Source: Lama guanicoe
Lineage: Eukaryota
NCBI GenBank assembly: GCA_013239625.1
Contig: MU054122.1
Coordinates: 150,773-214,772 of the forward strand
DNA: 64,000 nt
Direction: 5' to 3'
Each line of letters starts with the position of its first letter. Position 1 is the stretch's first letter. Shown one piece after another: positions 15,346-27,875 of this stretch. A program made the translations under genes and the position numbers. Under the pieces are notes generated by a model. The model did no database searches. It was not told where the DNA came from and saw only the letters and a list, made by a program, of their open reading frames with translations.

Positions 15346-15820
15346 CGTGGCAGACAGAATGATGACCCCTCAAAGATGTCCTAATCCTAGAAGCCTGTGA
15401 AATGTTACTTTACATGGCAATGGGGACTTTGCAGATACGATTAAGGATCTTAAAAAGAGATTTTCCTGGGATATGATGATAGTCCCAACGTAATCACAAG
15501 ATGGATGGAGGAACGTTAGAGTCAGAGGAGGAGATGTGATGACGGGAGCAGAGGTCAAAGAGCAAGATTTGCAGACGCTACACTTCTGGCTTTGAAGATG
15601 GCGGATGGCGGAAGGGGTCATAAGCCAGATGCAGTTACCTCTAGACACTGGAAAAGGCCAGGAGGCAGACTCTCCCCTAGGGCCTCAGAAGGAACACAGG
15701 CCTGGCAACACCTTGATTTTAAGACAGCTGACCTCCAGAACTGTGAGATATTATATCTGTGTTGCTTTAAGCCATTAAGTTTACAATAAATTGTTACAGC
15801 AGCAATAGGAAACTAATACA
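15346..15820 (+). mobile_element. MaLR solo LTR (MLT1D-like)
   Basis: Typical MLT1 body (gttactttacatggcaa...gactttgcagat...cagcaataggaaactaataca) with a near-perfect 5-bp TSD caagg/taagg. Confidence 0.85.
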
Positions 15821-16539
15821 TAAGGCAACAATAGGGGTGTGGAGACAAGATTTCCATAAAGTATAAGTGCTACTTTGTTTATAACAGTGAAAATTATATT
15901 TCCTAAATGTGGAAATTCCACAAAATGGAATATCACACAACCATAAAAAACCAAGCTTACAAATATATTTAATGGCAAGAAAAACTCAAGATTTTCTAAG
16001 TGAAAAAAAAAAGAAAGCTGTAATTTAACGTTCATGGACACATGTAGAATAAACATTGAAAAGATATCATCTAAATCCTCGACAAGGTTTATCCCTGAAT
16101 GAGCACCATGTGTGATTTTTAAGTTTTCTTCTTCACTTGTGTCACATCAGTATTTCCCAGCAGACTATAATCTCAGGAGGAAAAGAATATGGTATGTTTC
16201 TATCCGCATCACACAGCACAGTAACTGACACAGAAACCAGTCAGTAATTATGTCCTGAATAAATCAATGGATAAATGAGTATGTTTTCAGTATTTCCCAA
16301 GTTTTCAACAAATGTACTGTAGAGTTTAAAAAAACACTAAATGTAAAAGTGATATTTTTAAAATATTTGACTTCACTAGTAATCAAAAATCCACAACTTT
16401 ACCTCACAAATTGCATAGTCTTAAGTATTATACTGGCATACCTATGGTCACACAAACACTCCAAGATTTAAAACTTGTATGTCCTTTTAAAAAGTAACCT
16501 GACAACACTATCAATCTTTAAAATGCCCATGCTCTACAA

Positions 16540-16990
16540 CTTATTTGCTCATTCAACAGATATTTATAGAGCATCCACTCTGTGCAAGCACTACTCTTGA
16601 TGCCAAGGATACAACAGTGAACCAAACAGAACAACACAGACAAATCCCTACACAACAAAACAAACAAAACTCCCAAGCAAAAATGTCCCCACCTTATGGA
16701 GCTTCCATTCTGGAAGGAGAGGCAATCAAAGCATCAACAAGCACAACAGACCGTATGATGGGCAGCAGTAAGCGCTAGGGGGAAAAATGAAACAGAAAAG
16801 GGTACAGGGAGGCGGAGCAGAGAGTGCAATCTTCTACAGCAGCCAGGGCGGCCCTAGGAAGATACCATGAGGGTAAATACAAGGGACTCGTCATGCTGCT
16901 ATCCGGGGAACAGCATTCCAGGCAGAGGAAACAGTAAGCTCAATGGCACCGAAGCAGGAATGTTCTTGGTGCTTGGAGGTAGCCAGGAGA
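16540..16990. mobile_element. L2 fragment
   Basis: cattcaacagatatttatagagcatccactctgtgcaagcact...gaacagcattccaggcagaggaaacagtaag are typical L2 3'-region motifs. Confidence 0.65.
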
Positions 16991-19539
16991 CCACCATCCC
17001 TACTCCATCCCACTTCCAGGGAGCTAACGCTGAGAGCAGGACAATGTGCATCCTTCCTGACCTTCTTCTGTGTCCAAACTCATCCACGTTAAACGTACAC
17101 ATACTATGTGTATGTGCCCAGGCAGAAGACAACCAGAATAAAAGTCAGTCCCTCATTTTCCACGTGAGAATATCCAGAATCAGATGCATAGACATTTCCA
17201 CTATATAGATGAACAAAGGAACTGACTTCATACTATTCAAGTTATTGATTTAGTTATATAAACTTATTTTTAAATAACACTATCTTATTATGTTCATTTA
17301 GAAGTTTTGCTTTTTCCACTCAAGTTTCGTGAAACAATTTTATTCTATATGCAGTCATTATCAGAAATAGAACCACTTTTTAAGCTAGCTAACAGTTGTC
17401 AAGAGCACATTAACTTTCCTTCACTCAAAGTTCCCTGACATCTAGCATGTTTCGAGATCATACATGAGGATGTCACTGGAAATTTTATGCCAATGACAAA
17501 TACCCACTAGCTATTTGTGATCTCCACAAAATAACCCTCTCCTGTATTGCTTGGAATGTAACTTCTAGAAGATTTGTTTACAATGGTATCTAATATCTGT
17601 AATTGTAAAGTCATCCTCCCCAAAATTATCTCTAAATCTTTAAATTCATCTGTATGACTTTTCATCAATTCCGTCAAGTGATCTCAGTAAGCATCCTAAA
17701 CTGGTATTAAGTTTTTTTCAGGGCTAATGTTAACTTTTCCAAGCAGTATTTTATTACTTTGCTGTTCAAGTATAATAAGTGAATATATTGCATTGAAGAA
17801 TTTATGACAAATATGTCTACAAGGGCATGTGTATATATGTTTGGGTTTTGGTTTTGTTTTTATTCTGAATAATGAAATCACAAGCCCTTTGCTGTTACAG
17901 TCATGAGAGAAATGCAGAAGACAATCTCTTCATTATAAGTGACCTTGGGATTTTAAGTATGTCTCCCTATCCAAATTCTGAAATGCCAACCCACAAAACA
18001 ATCTGTAAAATTACAGATTCATATCTTTGCCCCTCAAGCAGGGCCACCAACATTCTGACAGTTCAAAATTAGCTGAAAGCAATCTCACTGGATGGAGAGC
18101 AAAGCAGAGATAAAGGACCAGTATTAAGTCAGAATCAACAAAGAGAGCCATTAAGCTTAAATCTTCAAAGAATATAGTTTTTAACTATCAACTCAGCCAA
18201 AAAACAACCACAAGAAAATAAACTTAGGCCACAAAAATAAAATGCCTTCTAAAGAAGCAGCGCTATTACTCTGGGACTTCATTACCATCTAAATCTCAGG
18301 GATTTTTAGGATAAAATTTAAACAAGTCAAAACTACTTGTTTCCTATCTCTTATGTGGTCTATTAAAGTTCAAAGGACTTCTAACTAGAATTGTATGACT
18401 GTAAATCCTTTGAATTGTGGGTTCTTTCTGGACCAAAATTCACCTTTAATTAAGGAACATGCCAAGTTTCTGAGGGTCGTGTATTTGCTGAAAGGTTCTG
18501 TTTGTTGCTTAAGTCTCATTCATTGGGTACTAAAGGATTATGAAATTCACCACTGAGTTTGAACAAAAATCACTAATGGATGCTCAGAATTACTAAGCTT
18601 AACTCTCTAATGGGACTGTTCTACTCCAGTCCAGGGTTTCTGCAAGGTCTGTGGCAGTTCAAGGTCCAAGGATGAAAAGAATTTGTGGATAAAAGTAAAA
18701 GCAACTATTGATCCTGGTAAACTCATGGTATTTACAGTGTTTTGTTTTTTTTTTTTAACCTCAGCATACAATCTACTTACTTTCCAAAAATGAAATGTTT
18801 TTTGCTTTTAGGCAGGTTGAGAGCTAAATGGCACTATTACTGAAGAGCACTTTTTAGAAATATTCCTGACAATTTTCCAAGGGCAAGGCAAAAAGCCAAA
18901 AGAAATCCTAAGAAACCTCTAGACACCAAAAAATACTAAATTCTACATGTAACATTAATCTCATATACCTTTATGATAATAATCATTCTGTAATCACATA
19001 GATTTGCTCTCATTTACCAACCTCTTCAACTTTCCATACAAAGAGGTAACATTTCTTTACAGGAATGAAAGACAAAACATCTGAACTTCATTATTTTCAC
19101 ATTATTAACATATACTTAAAATTCTACACTGAGTTAAAACCAAGTTATTCACAACTGACTTGATTACATTGAGAAAATTTCAAATGCTTTATCATGTAGT
19201 ACCAAAAAAAACTCTATTATCTACTAAAATTTCACATATAATCACACATATAAAAATGTTTCATGATGCTTCTTATTTGGCCTCCGTCCAACACACACAG
19301 ACACACACACACATTTGTTCTGTCTCCTACATAACACCTATTAACATACTTCAAAACACTATCCATGGATCAAATTTAGGAAATACTTAGTTCTTCAAAA
19401 ACAAAACAACAACAACAAAAAAAAAACCCCAAAAAACAGAACTTCATGATAAAAACTTAACATCTAAGCTTAAACTTCTCACAATATAATGGTGTATATT
19501 TCAAGCTATACATATCTCATAGCAAACATGATCCTTGTT

Positions 19540-20550
19540 CATTTATTCATTTGTTGATTCATTCAACAAATACGTCTAAGTGATGTTCTAGACAACACCT
19601 ATCCTTTTATGGAACTTATATTCTGGGGTTTGGGAGGTGGACAACAGATAAATAGGCATACACTGTGCCTAACAATGGAAAGTACTATGGGAAAAAATGA
19701 AGCAGAGTAAGCCAGACAGTACGGGAGAAGGAACTGGTTCAATTTTCACAGTGGATGGTTAGAGAATGTCTCATTAGTAGCAACCTGAAGAAAACGAGGA
19801 AACAGATCTAGCAGATATCTGAGAGAAGAACTTTCTGGAACAGAAGGAAGAGATACTGCAAAGGTCCAGAGATAGAGGCTTGCTTGTTGTGCAGGAGAAG
19901 CAGCAAGGAGACTTGGTACTATGGACTCGATGTTTGTGTCCCTGACAAATTCATATGTTGAAACCACCTCACGGTGTGATGGCACAAGGAAGTAGGGCCT
20001 GTGGGAGGTGATCAGGATTGAGATCAGGTGACTGTGGGTGGCGCCCTCCTGAATAGGATTAGCACCCTTAAAAAGTCACATGAGAGCTTGAGTCCCCCCT
20101 GTTCTCTGGCACGAGGACACATGAGAAGGTGGCTCTCTACAACCAGGAAGAGGGCCCTCACCAGAATTCAACCAGGCTGCCACCCTGATCTTGAACTTCC
20201 CAGCCTCCAGAACTGGGAGCAATTAATTTCTATTATTTATAAACCACCCATTCCATGGTACTCCGTTGTTGTAGCAGCTCACACGAAGACTGGAATGGAG
20301 TGTGCGGGGGAAGCTGCAGGAGGTGTGGTCAGAGAGAGAAACGGGCTGGCTCCAGACCAAGGAGTCCTGGGGGTTTTGTTGAGGCCTCTGGGCTTTATTA
20401 AGTGAAATGAGAAACCTCTCAGAAGTTTTAATCAGAGGGATGTCTTCTCTGATATATTTCTTACAGGATCACGTGGACCACTGTGTGAAAATAAACTCAA
20501 GGTGATAGAGTGGTAGCAGGGAGACCAGGAAAAAGGTTATCGCAATAACC
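19540..20550. mobile_element. L2 fragment interrupted by a MaLR LTR
   Basis: ttcattcaacaaatac start and L2-like body on both sides of the MLT1A insertion. Confidence 0.6.
19917..20290 (+). mobile_element. MaLR solo LTR (MLT1A-like)
   Basis: tatggactcgatgtttgtgtccc...aaattcatatgttgaaacc...ccctgatcttgaacttcccagcctccagaactg...gtagcagc; similar to the copy at 52695-53074. Confidence 0.85.
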
Positions 20551-20898
20551 CTCTGTCCAGGTTTTCTGAAAACCCTCAGTAAAGCTCAGCGGCAAATGCT
20601 TTTTCTGGGAGGTGAAACTGCGAAGTAACAAGAGCAGAGGCAGTGCGGAGGGGCAGGAGGGAACGCAGGCACATGGCAGTGCTCTACTCCCCCGGCCACA
20701 GCTTCACAAGAAAGCCCAGCCAACCGCCCTGTCACCAAGGCCTCGGCCAGGCAGGCTGTCACGGGGGGGGGGGGACCTATCAAAGCTGACAAAAGCCCTG
20801 CAGTCAAGACACAACGTGGTCTGAAGCCACACCTCCCATATTCCCATCTGCACGGCAAGGAACATGGCAGGGGCGGCTGGGGACCGGGGCAGGGGGAC

Positions 20899-20964
20899 AT
20901 CTGCTGGCGCCTTCCTCATCTTCCTACTAGTCAAGCCAGCTGGTGAGGAAGTGTAGGAAAAACA
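20899..20964 (+). repeat. 66-bp direct repeat, copy 1
   Basis: 64/66 identical to 22147-22212. Confidence 0.95.
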
Positions 20965-21838
20965 GCCGTGTCTCCTCTCCTCACACACAACTACCACACT
21001 CACTTCTGACACCAGATGTGTGAGTCTCTTCCCCACAAGAAGCCATTCTCTGAGACACCAGCTGGATGCTCACAATTTAGTTCAATTCTGACACTGTCTT
21101 CCTTCAGATCACACCTGTTATAGACTCAGTCCCAGAAGACTGCTCCCATTTCAGATACCAATCTCAAGTACTAAATCCCCAGGCTACCCACAACTCCTGT
21201 CCAATTCAGCTACAAATTGGAGGTTCCCCTCGTTGGATTTGAACATTTTTAGAACATCTCACAAAACTACATTTGCTAGTCTATTACATAATAAAAGATA
21301 TTACAAAGGATACAGGTGATAAACAGCCAGGTGAAAAAATTCACAGGGCAAGTTCTGGAAGGCTCCTGAGTGCAGGAGTTTCTGTGCTCATGGATTTGAG
21401 GTATGCTACCCTCCTGGCACGTGGATACATTCACCAACCCAAAAGCTCTACAAACGACAGATATTTAATGTTTTCGTGGAAGCTTCATCACACAGGCAGG
21501 ATCAATCCTTAACTTAGTCCCCAGCCCCTCTCTTCTTCCCAGAGGGTAGGGGAGGAGCTGAAAGTTCCAAGCTTCTGATTATCGCTTTGGTCTTTCTGAT
21601 GACCGGTCCTCATTCTGAAGTCATCCAGGAGCCCAACAAGAGTCATTTCATTGGAACAAAGGACATGCCTATCACTCAGGAAACTCTAAGGGATTTAGGG
21701 GCTCTGTGTCAGGAATCAGGGTCAAAGACCAAGTATTAAAACAAAGATGCTCCTAGTGCTCTTATCACTGAGGAAATTATCAAAGGTTTAGGAACTAGTG
21801 GCAGAGACATATATACATGGCTTTTCTATTATTACACA
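20952..21838. mobile_element. ERV LTR (MER21-like)
   Basis: TG...CA termini; cacttctgacacca, ttcaattctgacactg, agactgctcccatttcagatacca and gctgaaagttccaagcttct recalled as MER21 motifs. Confidence 0.7.
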
Positions 21839-22146
21839 GGCATGAGTCTCCACCTTCTCTCCACTGAGAGTCATATTATCTGACCCCTCCAAACAGCTGC
21901 TAGAGCAGCTAGATCTCATGTTCACAGCCAGGGTTGCACATCTGAGAGCAGATACCAGGGAGAAACTGAGCATTCTGAGGGTGCGAGCCAGCCCCGATCC
22001 CTGGCAGTGTTATGGGATGAGGCAACAGCATCAGAGTTGGGGGCCACACTGAACAAGCAGCCCAGGGCCCTGGAGGCAGTGGGGTCAGGTGACTCTAAGG
22101 GACACATATATTATGTTTGATAAACCAAAGAGACGAGGTTTGGTTT

Positions 22147-22212
22147 ATCTGCTGGCGCCTTCCTCATCTTCCTATTAGTCAAGCCACCTGGTGAGGAAGT
22201 GTAGGAAAAACA
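22147..22212 (+). repeat. 66-bp direct repeat, copy 2
   Basis: 64/66 identical to 20899-20964. Confidence 0.95.
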
Positions 22213-25200
22213 AAGGTAAAGATGGAGAGAAATGACAGAATCATAATTATGGTTTGAGGGTCTAGCCTATGGAATCTGCTGATGTAAGTGAAAGAGAAGA
22301 CACAGGTGGCTCCAAGACTAGGTCCTGGCCCCTGGAAGTAGGGAGATGCCTCTATTGGGACAAGGAAGGCTGTGAGAGCAGTAAGGAGAACAGGAGCTCA
22401 GTTTTGCACATCTTTAGAAAAAAACAGAGATAATGGGAACATTAACAAATCCTGCCATCCAGAAAAATCACAGAGAAGCTTACTTTAGAGTCAGTCAGAG
22501 CTGTCAACATAATCAAACAGAATGCATATTAATCAGGACGCGCAGCCTTGGCACTTCTCACTCACCACCTCCAAATCCAATTCCAGCTTCTCCTCCCACA
22601 GCCCCGTCAGTGCCAGTCAGGCATTTCCCAAGCCACGCTAAGGAACACTGTGATACAGGATGCTGGTAACTGTGCTCCCCTCCCCTACTAAAAAGAAGTG
22701 TCCCTTGCTTAAATATACATAGGAAATGCTGTTTTAAGCCAAACAGCATCTTTTCTGTAGGGCTTCTCAACACCTTTGCTACATTAATGTGTCCTGAACT
22801 TCTCTGACCATCAAGGCACACAGACTAATGCTGCTGAGAAGACTGATGCAGGGGATACCAGCCAGGGAGTGGCAACTAACCCAAGAACTCATTTTAATCC
22901 TCATTTCACTTGGCTTGTATCATCCAATCACTCCTTGAAGTCCTCGCCTCCCTTTATTCTCATGGGACAGCGTTCTCTTGGTTCTCCTCACTCTAATTTT
23001 CCCTGCACAGTTTCCCTCCTTGAATACTATTTATCTACCCGGCCACAAATACCATGCCCCTCAGTGTTCCAGCTTGCTGGCCCACCTCCCTATCCACTCA
23101 ACATATTGAGAGAAATAAATCTTTGTCTCCAGTCCTATCTCTCCCTCAGTCCAAAAGGCACAAATTCCATGGGTCCCACAGACAACTCAAACTCTAAAAT
23201 GGAACCTATTATTTCTCCCCTACCTTGACTATGCCATCTGTTAAATCACCCAAGTCATTAATCTGGGTATCTAACATCCAAATAACTACCAGGTTTTACT
23301 GTTTTTTAGATTCTGTAGATCTTATGGGTAAAAGTCTTTTCCATTTACTGGCTCTGCATAAATTCATCATCTCTCAAAACTAATCCCCTAACTGACCACT
23401 TGGCCTGTTACTTCCCCACCCATCCTAGGGTCACAGGGTAACATTTCTAGAACATAACTCCAAGTTCATTAACCTTCCTTGACTATCCCCTACTCAGACC
23501 AACGAGATGAAAATCTAAGTAACTTATCAGGTCACATGCGCTATCTCATGGTCTGGTTCCTTGCAAACACCTCCTTCTTTCTTGCGGCACTTACCCTGCA
23601 ATGATATCTTAACACTGTGAGTGTCCACATAGCCCATGCTATTTCATGCCTGTGTGTCTGCACAAAGTGTTCCTTCTGTCTGGTTTGCCATTTCCCTTCT
23701 TGACTATCTGGAAAACTCCCAATCATCTTTCAAAATCCTTCTTGGTAAAAAATACCATAATAAAATTGAACAGCAAACACCAGTTAAAAAAAAAAAAAGA
23801 ATACACCAATGGCAACAAGACACAAAATAAATACAAATAACAAGCGTATGAAAATGTTTGACCTTCTCTAAGTAATGTCAGCAGTGTTACTTACATACTA
23901 TGTACCAAGAACTATACTAGGTCTATGTATACATTATGTCATCAAATCCTAACAGGCCTACAAGGTTAGTATTATCATCCCAATTTTATCAATGAGGGAA
24001 GCCAACACAACTAAAAGAGGGGAAAGCTAGTTACAAACCAATGTGGCATAAAGAAAAGGAACTAAGATTTACTAAGTATCTGTATGAGTTTTCATACATC
24101 AACTCTTTTATTTTACATTCCCATTACCCTCTGAGAAGGTGTACTAAGTCCATCTCACAGACAGGGTACCTGGGCCCAGGAACCTGAATTATGTTCCAAT
24201 AGTCACACAGCCAGTATCTGACAGATCTGCCTAATCCCTAAATAATGGCATTAACTTAAAAAGCCAGAGAAACACATGGAGGACTTGAGAAAGCACTTGG
24301 AAGGAAGCCAAGAAAATGAACATGAAACAGATCTGGGCGAGGGAATGTGCTCCCTCATCCATACTGGATACGTGACGTAGGCCATCTCCGATCCAGCCGG
24401 CCGTGCCTGTCTTAGGTTGTCCTCCTCTGAGGATCTTACCCGTCGTTGGCTAGCCAGCCGTCCACACCGGATACATTAAAGAAGCCATCTCTTATCTAGC
24501 CAGCTACATGAAATTTCTCATAGCTTGTTTATCAGTTCAGCACATGGCTTATTCTCTAGAGCTTTCAGACAGAAAAATCCACTCTCTTCAATGCCCTTCT
24601 CTTTCACCTCTTCATTTTCCTCCTGTATCAGCTTTTGTAGTTTTAAATAATTATTTCCTTCAACAATTTATTCCTGTATAATTAAAATCTAGTCTGAAGA
24701 CTCTTTGACAGCTTCATATAGTTAATAATCAGTTTCTTCTAAAGGCCATTTTTAACCCCATGTAACAACTTTCTATAACTTTTACATATTTGATAATATT
24801 TGCCCATGTTTACTGAGCACTTACTATGTTGTAAACACTATTTCCCTGTTTTATTTTTCTTAATTCATCATCTTCACAATTCCCCTTTGAGGTAGGTGCT
24901 ATTATTGACCTTTTTTATAGAAGAGGACACTGAGGTATAGAAAGTTGAGTTTTCCCTCAAGGTCACATAGCCAGGAAGTACCAAGGCCTTCTAACAAAAG
25001 AACTGTTCTCTTAGCTCAGAGACAAAATAGCCTCTCCCTGAACTGTCCCACATAAACACTGCCCATGGTTACGCTCCCACGGCGCCAGATAACATAATGA
25101 TTTGAAAGACCAAACAGCTGTAAAAACAAAGCATCAAATTTCAAATTACTGGACATGATCAAATGATTGTCAGAAAGAGTTTAAGTATCAAAAATTAAAA

Positions 25201-25273
25201 AGAATGAAAGAATTTTCAAAATAGAAGCAAAAAAATTTTTTTTTAATTGTAATACCTGAAGGATTCCTAAAAG

Positions 25274-25576
25274 AAGGCCGGGTAATTCTTACTAAACATG
25301 ATTATGTGGCTAAAACTCAATACTAATACCTTGAAAGACCTTTCAAAATTATTTGGGAGGGCAAGACTTTTTGCTTTTATTGCTGTCCAGTTTTGACTAT
25401 ATATACAATAGCAATCAGCTAGAGCTTTCCTTTACTCACCACCTAAACCGCATTTTACTCTTTTGCTGATATTTTATTTTATGAGAAAGATGGATTCTTA
25501 CTTGCTAACATTCATACATGCAGGTGCCCTTGCAGGCTCCACTGCTGTGTAACTCATGAAACTGCTTCCTCCACTG
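25274..25576 (+). repeat. ~300-bp local duplication, copy 1
   Basis: Aligns end to end with 27026-27332. Confidence 0.95.
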
Positions 25577-26559
25577 TTTTCTGGAAGATGTTTTCACCTA
25601 GAAGATTCCTATTAGCCAAAACTTTACAGACTGCGCAGGCATAAAGACTATCAAAGTGGTAATGAGTGGTTCCTGCACAGAGGCAAGTATGTATTAAAGA
25701 GACTAATGACATTTGTTACACTTGTGGCCATTTAGAATCTTTGTTTATGTTTCCTATCTTTCAAAATTTTGCCACATACAAGTTCCTTCTTCCCAAAACA
25801 AGCCAGAACTCACTCTCCTGGCTGTCCCAGTCTGGCAATGAGATCTCATGTCCACCAGTCAGTTCAACTCAGAAGCAGCAAGGTGAGGAAGGAAACGAGA
25901 AAATCCGTCTTTTTGGTGAGGCAAGGGGCAGAGATCCAACTTTCAGGGGAACACTGTGATGGCATGTCTCAGACGCAGTCCCCAGCATCACCGGTGAAAG
26001 CCGTGAGAGCAGTGTGAAGGTTTGTGGGGCAGTGCCCAGAATGTGGTTTGAGCAGAGCTCCTGCTCACCTAACCTGTTTGTTGGGTGTCCTGTAAATTCT
26101 GTGAGGTTCCAAATGTCCTTTAATAATTTTTCCTCCACTTATGTTAGCTACAGCTTGGATTCTGTGGTTTGCAACTAAGCATTTAGTATCATACAAAAAC
26201 GGGGGCTACCAACATGATAGTAGACTAATGACCAATTCAATAATAAACTTAACGGTCATCTACAGAGAACCTGTCACAAGGGTGGTTCTGTGCTAGAGGC
26301 TGAACGGGAAGGGGAATACCATAGGATGTGGACTGTGTTAATAAATGGACATGAAGATACAGAACACAGATATAAATAAAGTTAAAAGAAACTTCAAAGA
26401 TATAGAAGCATATATGTAGTTACTACAACACTACAATAGCATATTACACATACAGCTAAGGATGAAAAATGTTTCTTGACTTATTAAAATGTCCACTGGG
26501 TTTGGGGCAAATCTGTTGTGCTACCAAAGAAAGTAAATGTATCTTTTATAACTGGTAAA

Positions 26560-27875
26560 ATTCACTTATGTCAGACAAAATAATTTGCAAATCATATATG
26601 TCATAAAATTATATACAGAATTTATACAACAGAACAATAAAAAGACCCCAATTCCAAAATGAGCAAAGTACTTAAACAGACATTTATCCAAAGAAGATAC
26701 ATAAACAGCCAAAAAGCACATGAAACAAATGTTAAATTTCTTTAGTTATTAGGGAAATGCAAATCAAAACCACAACGGGATGTTGTTTTACATCCATTAC
26801 GATGACTATTATCAAAAAATGGAATAACAAGTCAAGAATGTGGAGATAAAGGAAACTGGAACATTTCTCCATACATTACTCTTAGGAATATAAAATTATG
26901 CAGTCACTATGGAAAAGCCTGGTAGCTACTCAGAAAGTTAAACACAGAATTCACTGAGAAATAAAGACAAAAGAGACTGAGAAAATAACTGAGTGACAAA
27001 TGACGTCATTTTAACAGAAAATATTAAGGCCAGGTAATTCTTACTAAACGTGATTATGTGGCTAAAACTCAATACTAGTACCTTGAAAGACCTTTCAAAA
27101 TTATTTGGTAGGGCAAGACTTTTTGGTTTTAAGGCTGTGTCAGTAGTTGACTATATATACAGTAGCAATCAGCTAGAACTTTCCTTTATTCACCGCCTTA
27201 AACCACAGTTTACTCTTTCGCTGATATTATATTTTATGACAAAGATAGATTCTCATTTGTTAACCATTCATATATGCAGGTGCCCTTGTAGGCTCCACTG
27301 CTGTGTAACTCATGAAACTGCTTCCTTCACTGCAGCCCAGCAATTCTACCCCTCAGTATATATTCAAAAGAACTGAAAATAGGGACTCTAACAGATACAT
27401 ATATACCAATGTTCATAGCAGTATTACTCACAATAGCCAACAGGTGGAAACAGCCCAAGTGCCCATCAACAGATGAATGGACAAAATATGATATATGCAT
27501 ATAATGGAATACTACTCAGCCATAAAAAGGAATGAAGTATTGATACATGCTACAACATGGGTGAACCTGGAAAACATTATACTAAGTGAAATAAGCCCGA
27601 CACAAAAGAACATTGTATAATTACACTTATTTAAGGTACCTATCATAGACAAATGAATAGAGACAAAGTAGAATGGTGGTTACCAGGGATTGGGGGAAGT
27701 GAGACACGGAGTTATTACTTGATAGTACAGAGTTTCTGTCTGGGATGATGAAAAACTTCTGGAAGCATAGTGGTTTTGGTTGCATAAAATTGTGAATGTA
27801 GTAGTTAATGCCACTGAATTGTACACTTAAAAATAGCTAGTACAGATTGTGTTATGTATACTTTACCACAATTTT
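26560..27875 (+). mobile_element. L1 3' end (L1MB-like), interrupted by a local duplication at about 26951-27332
   Basis: gggaaatgcaaatcaaaaccaca, cccagcaattctacccc, gttcatagcagtattactcacaatagcca, and a 3' UTR ending tactttaccacaatttt. Confidence 0.88.
27026..27332 (+). repeat. ~300-bp local duplication, copy 2 (inside L1)
   Basis: Same orientation as 25274-25576, with scattered substitutions and small indels. Confidence 0.95.
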
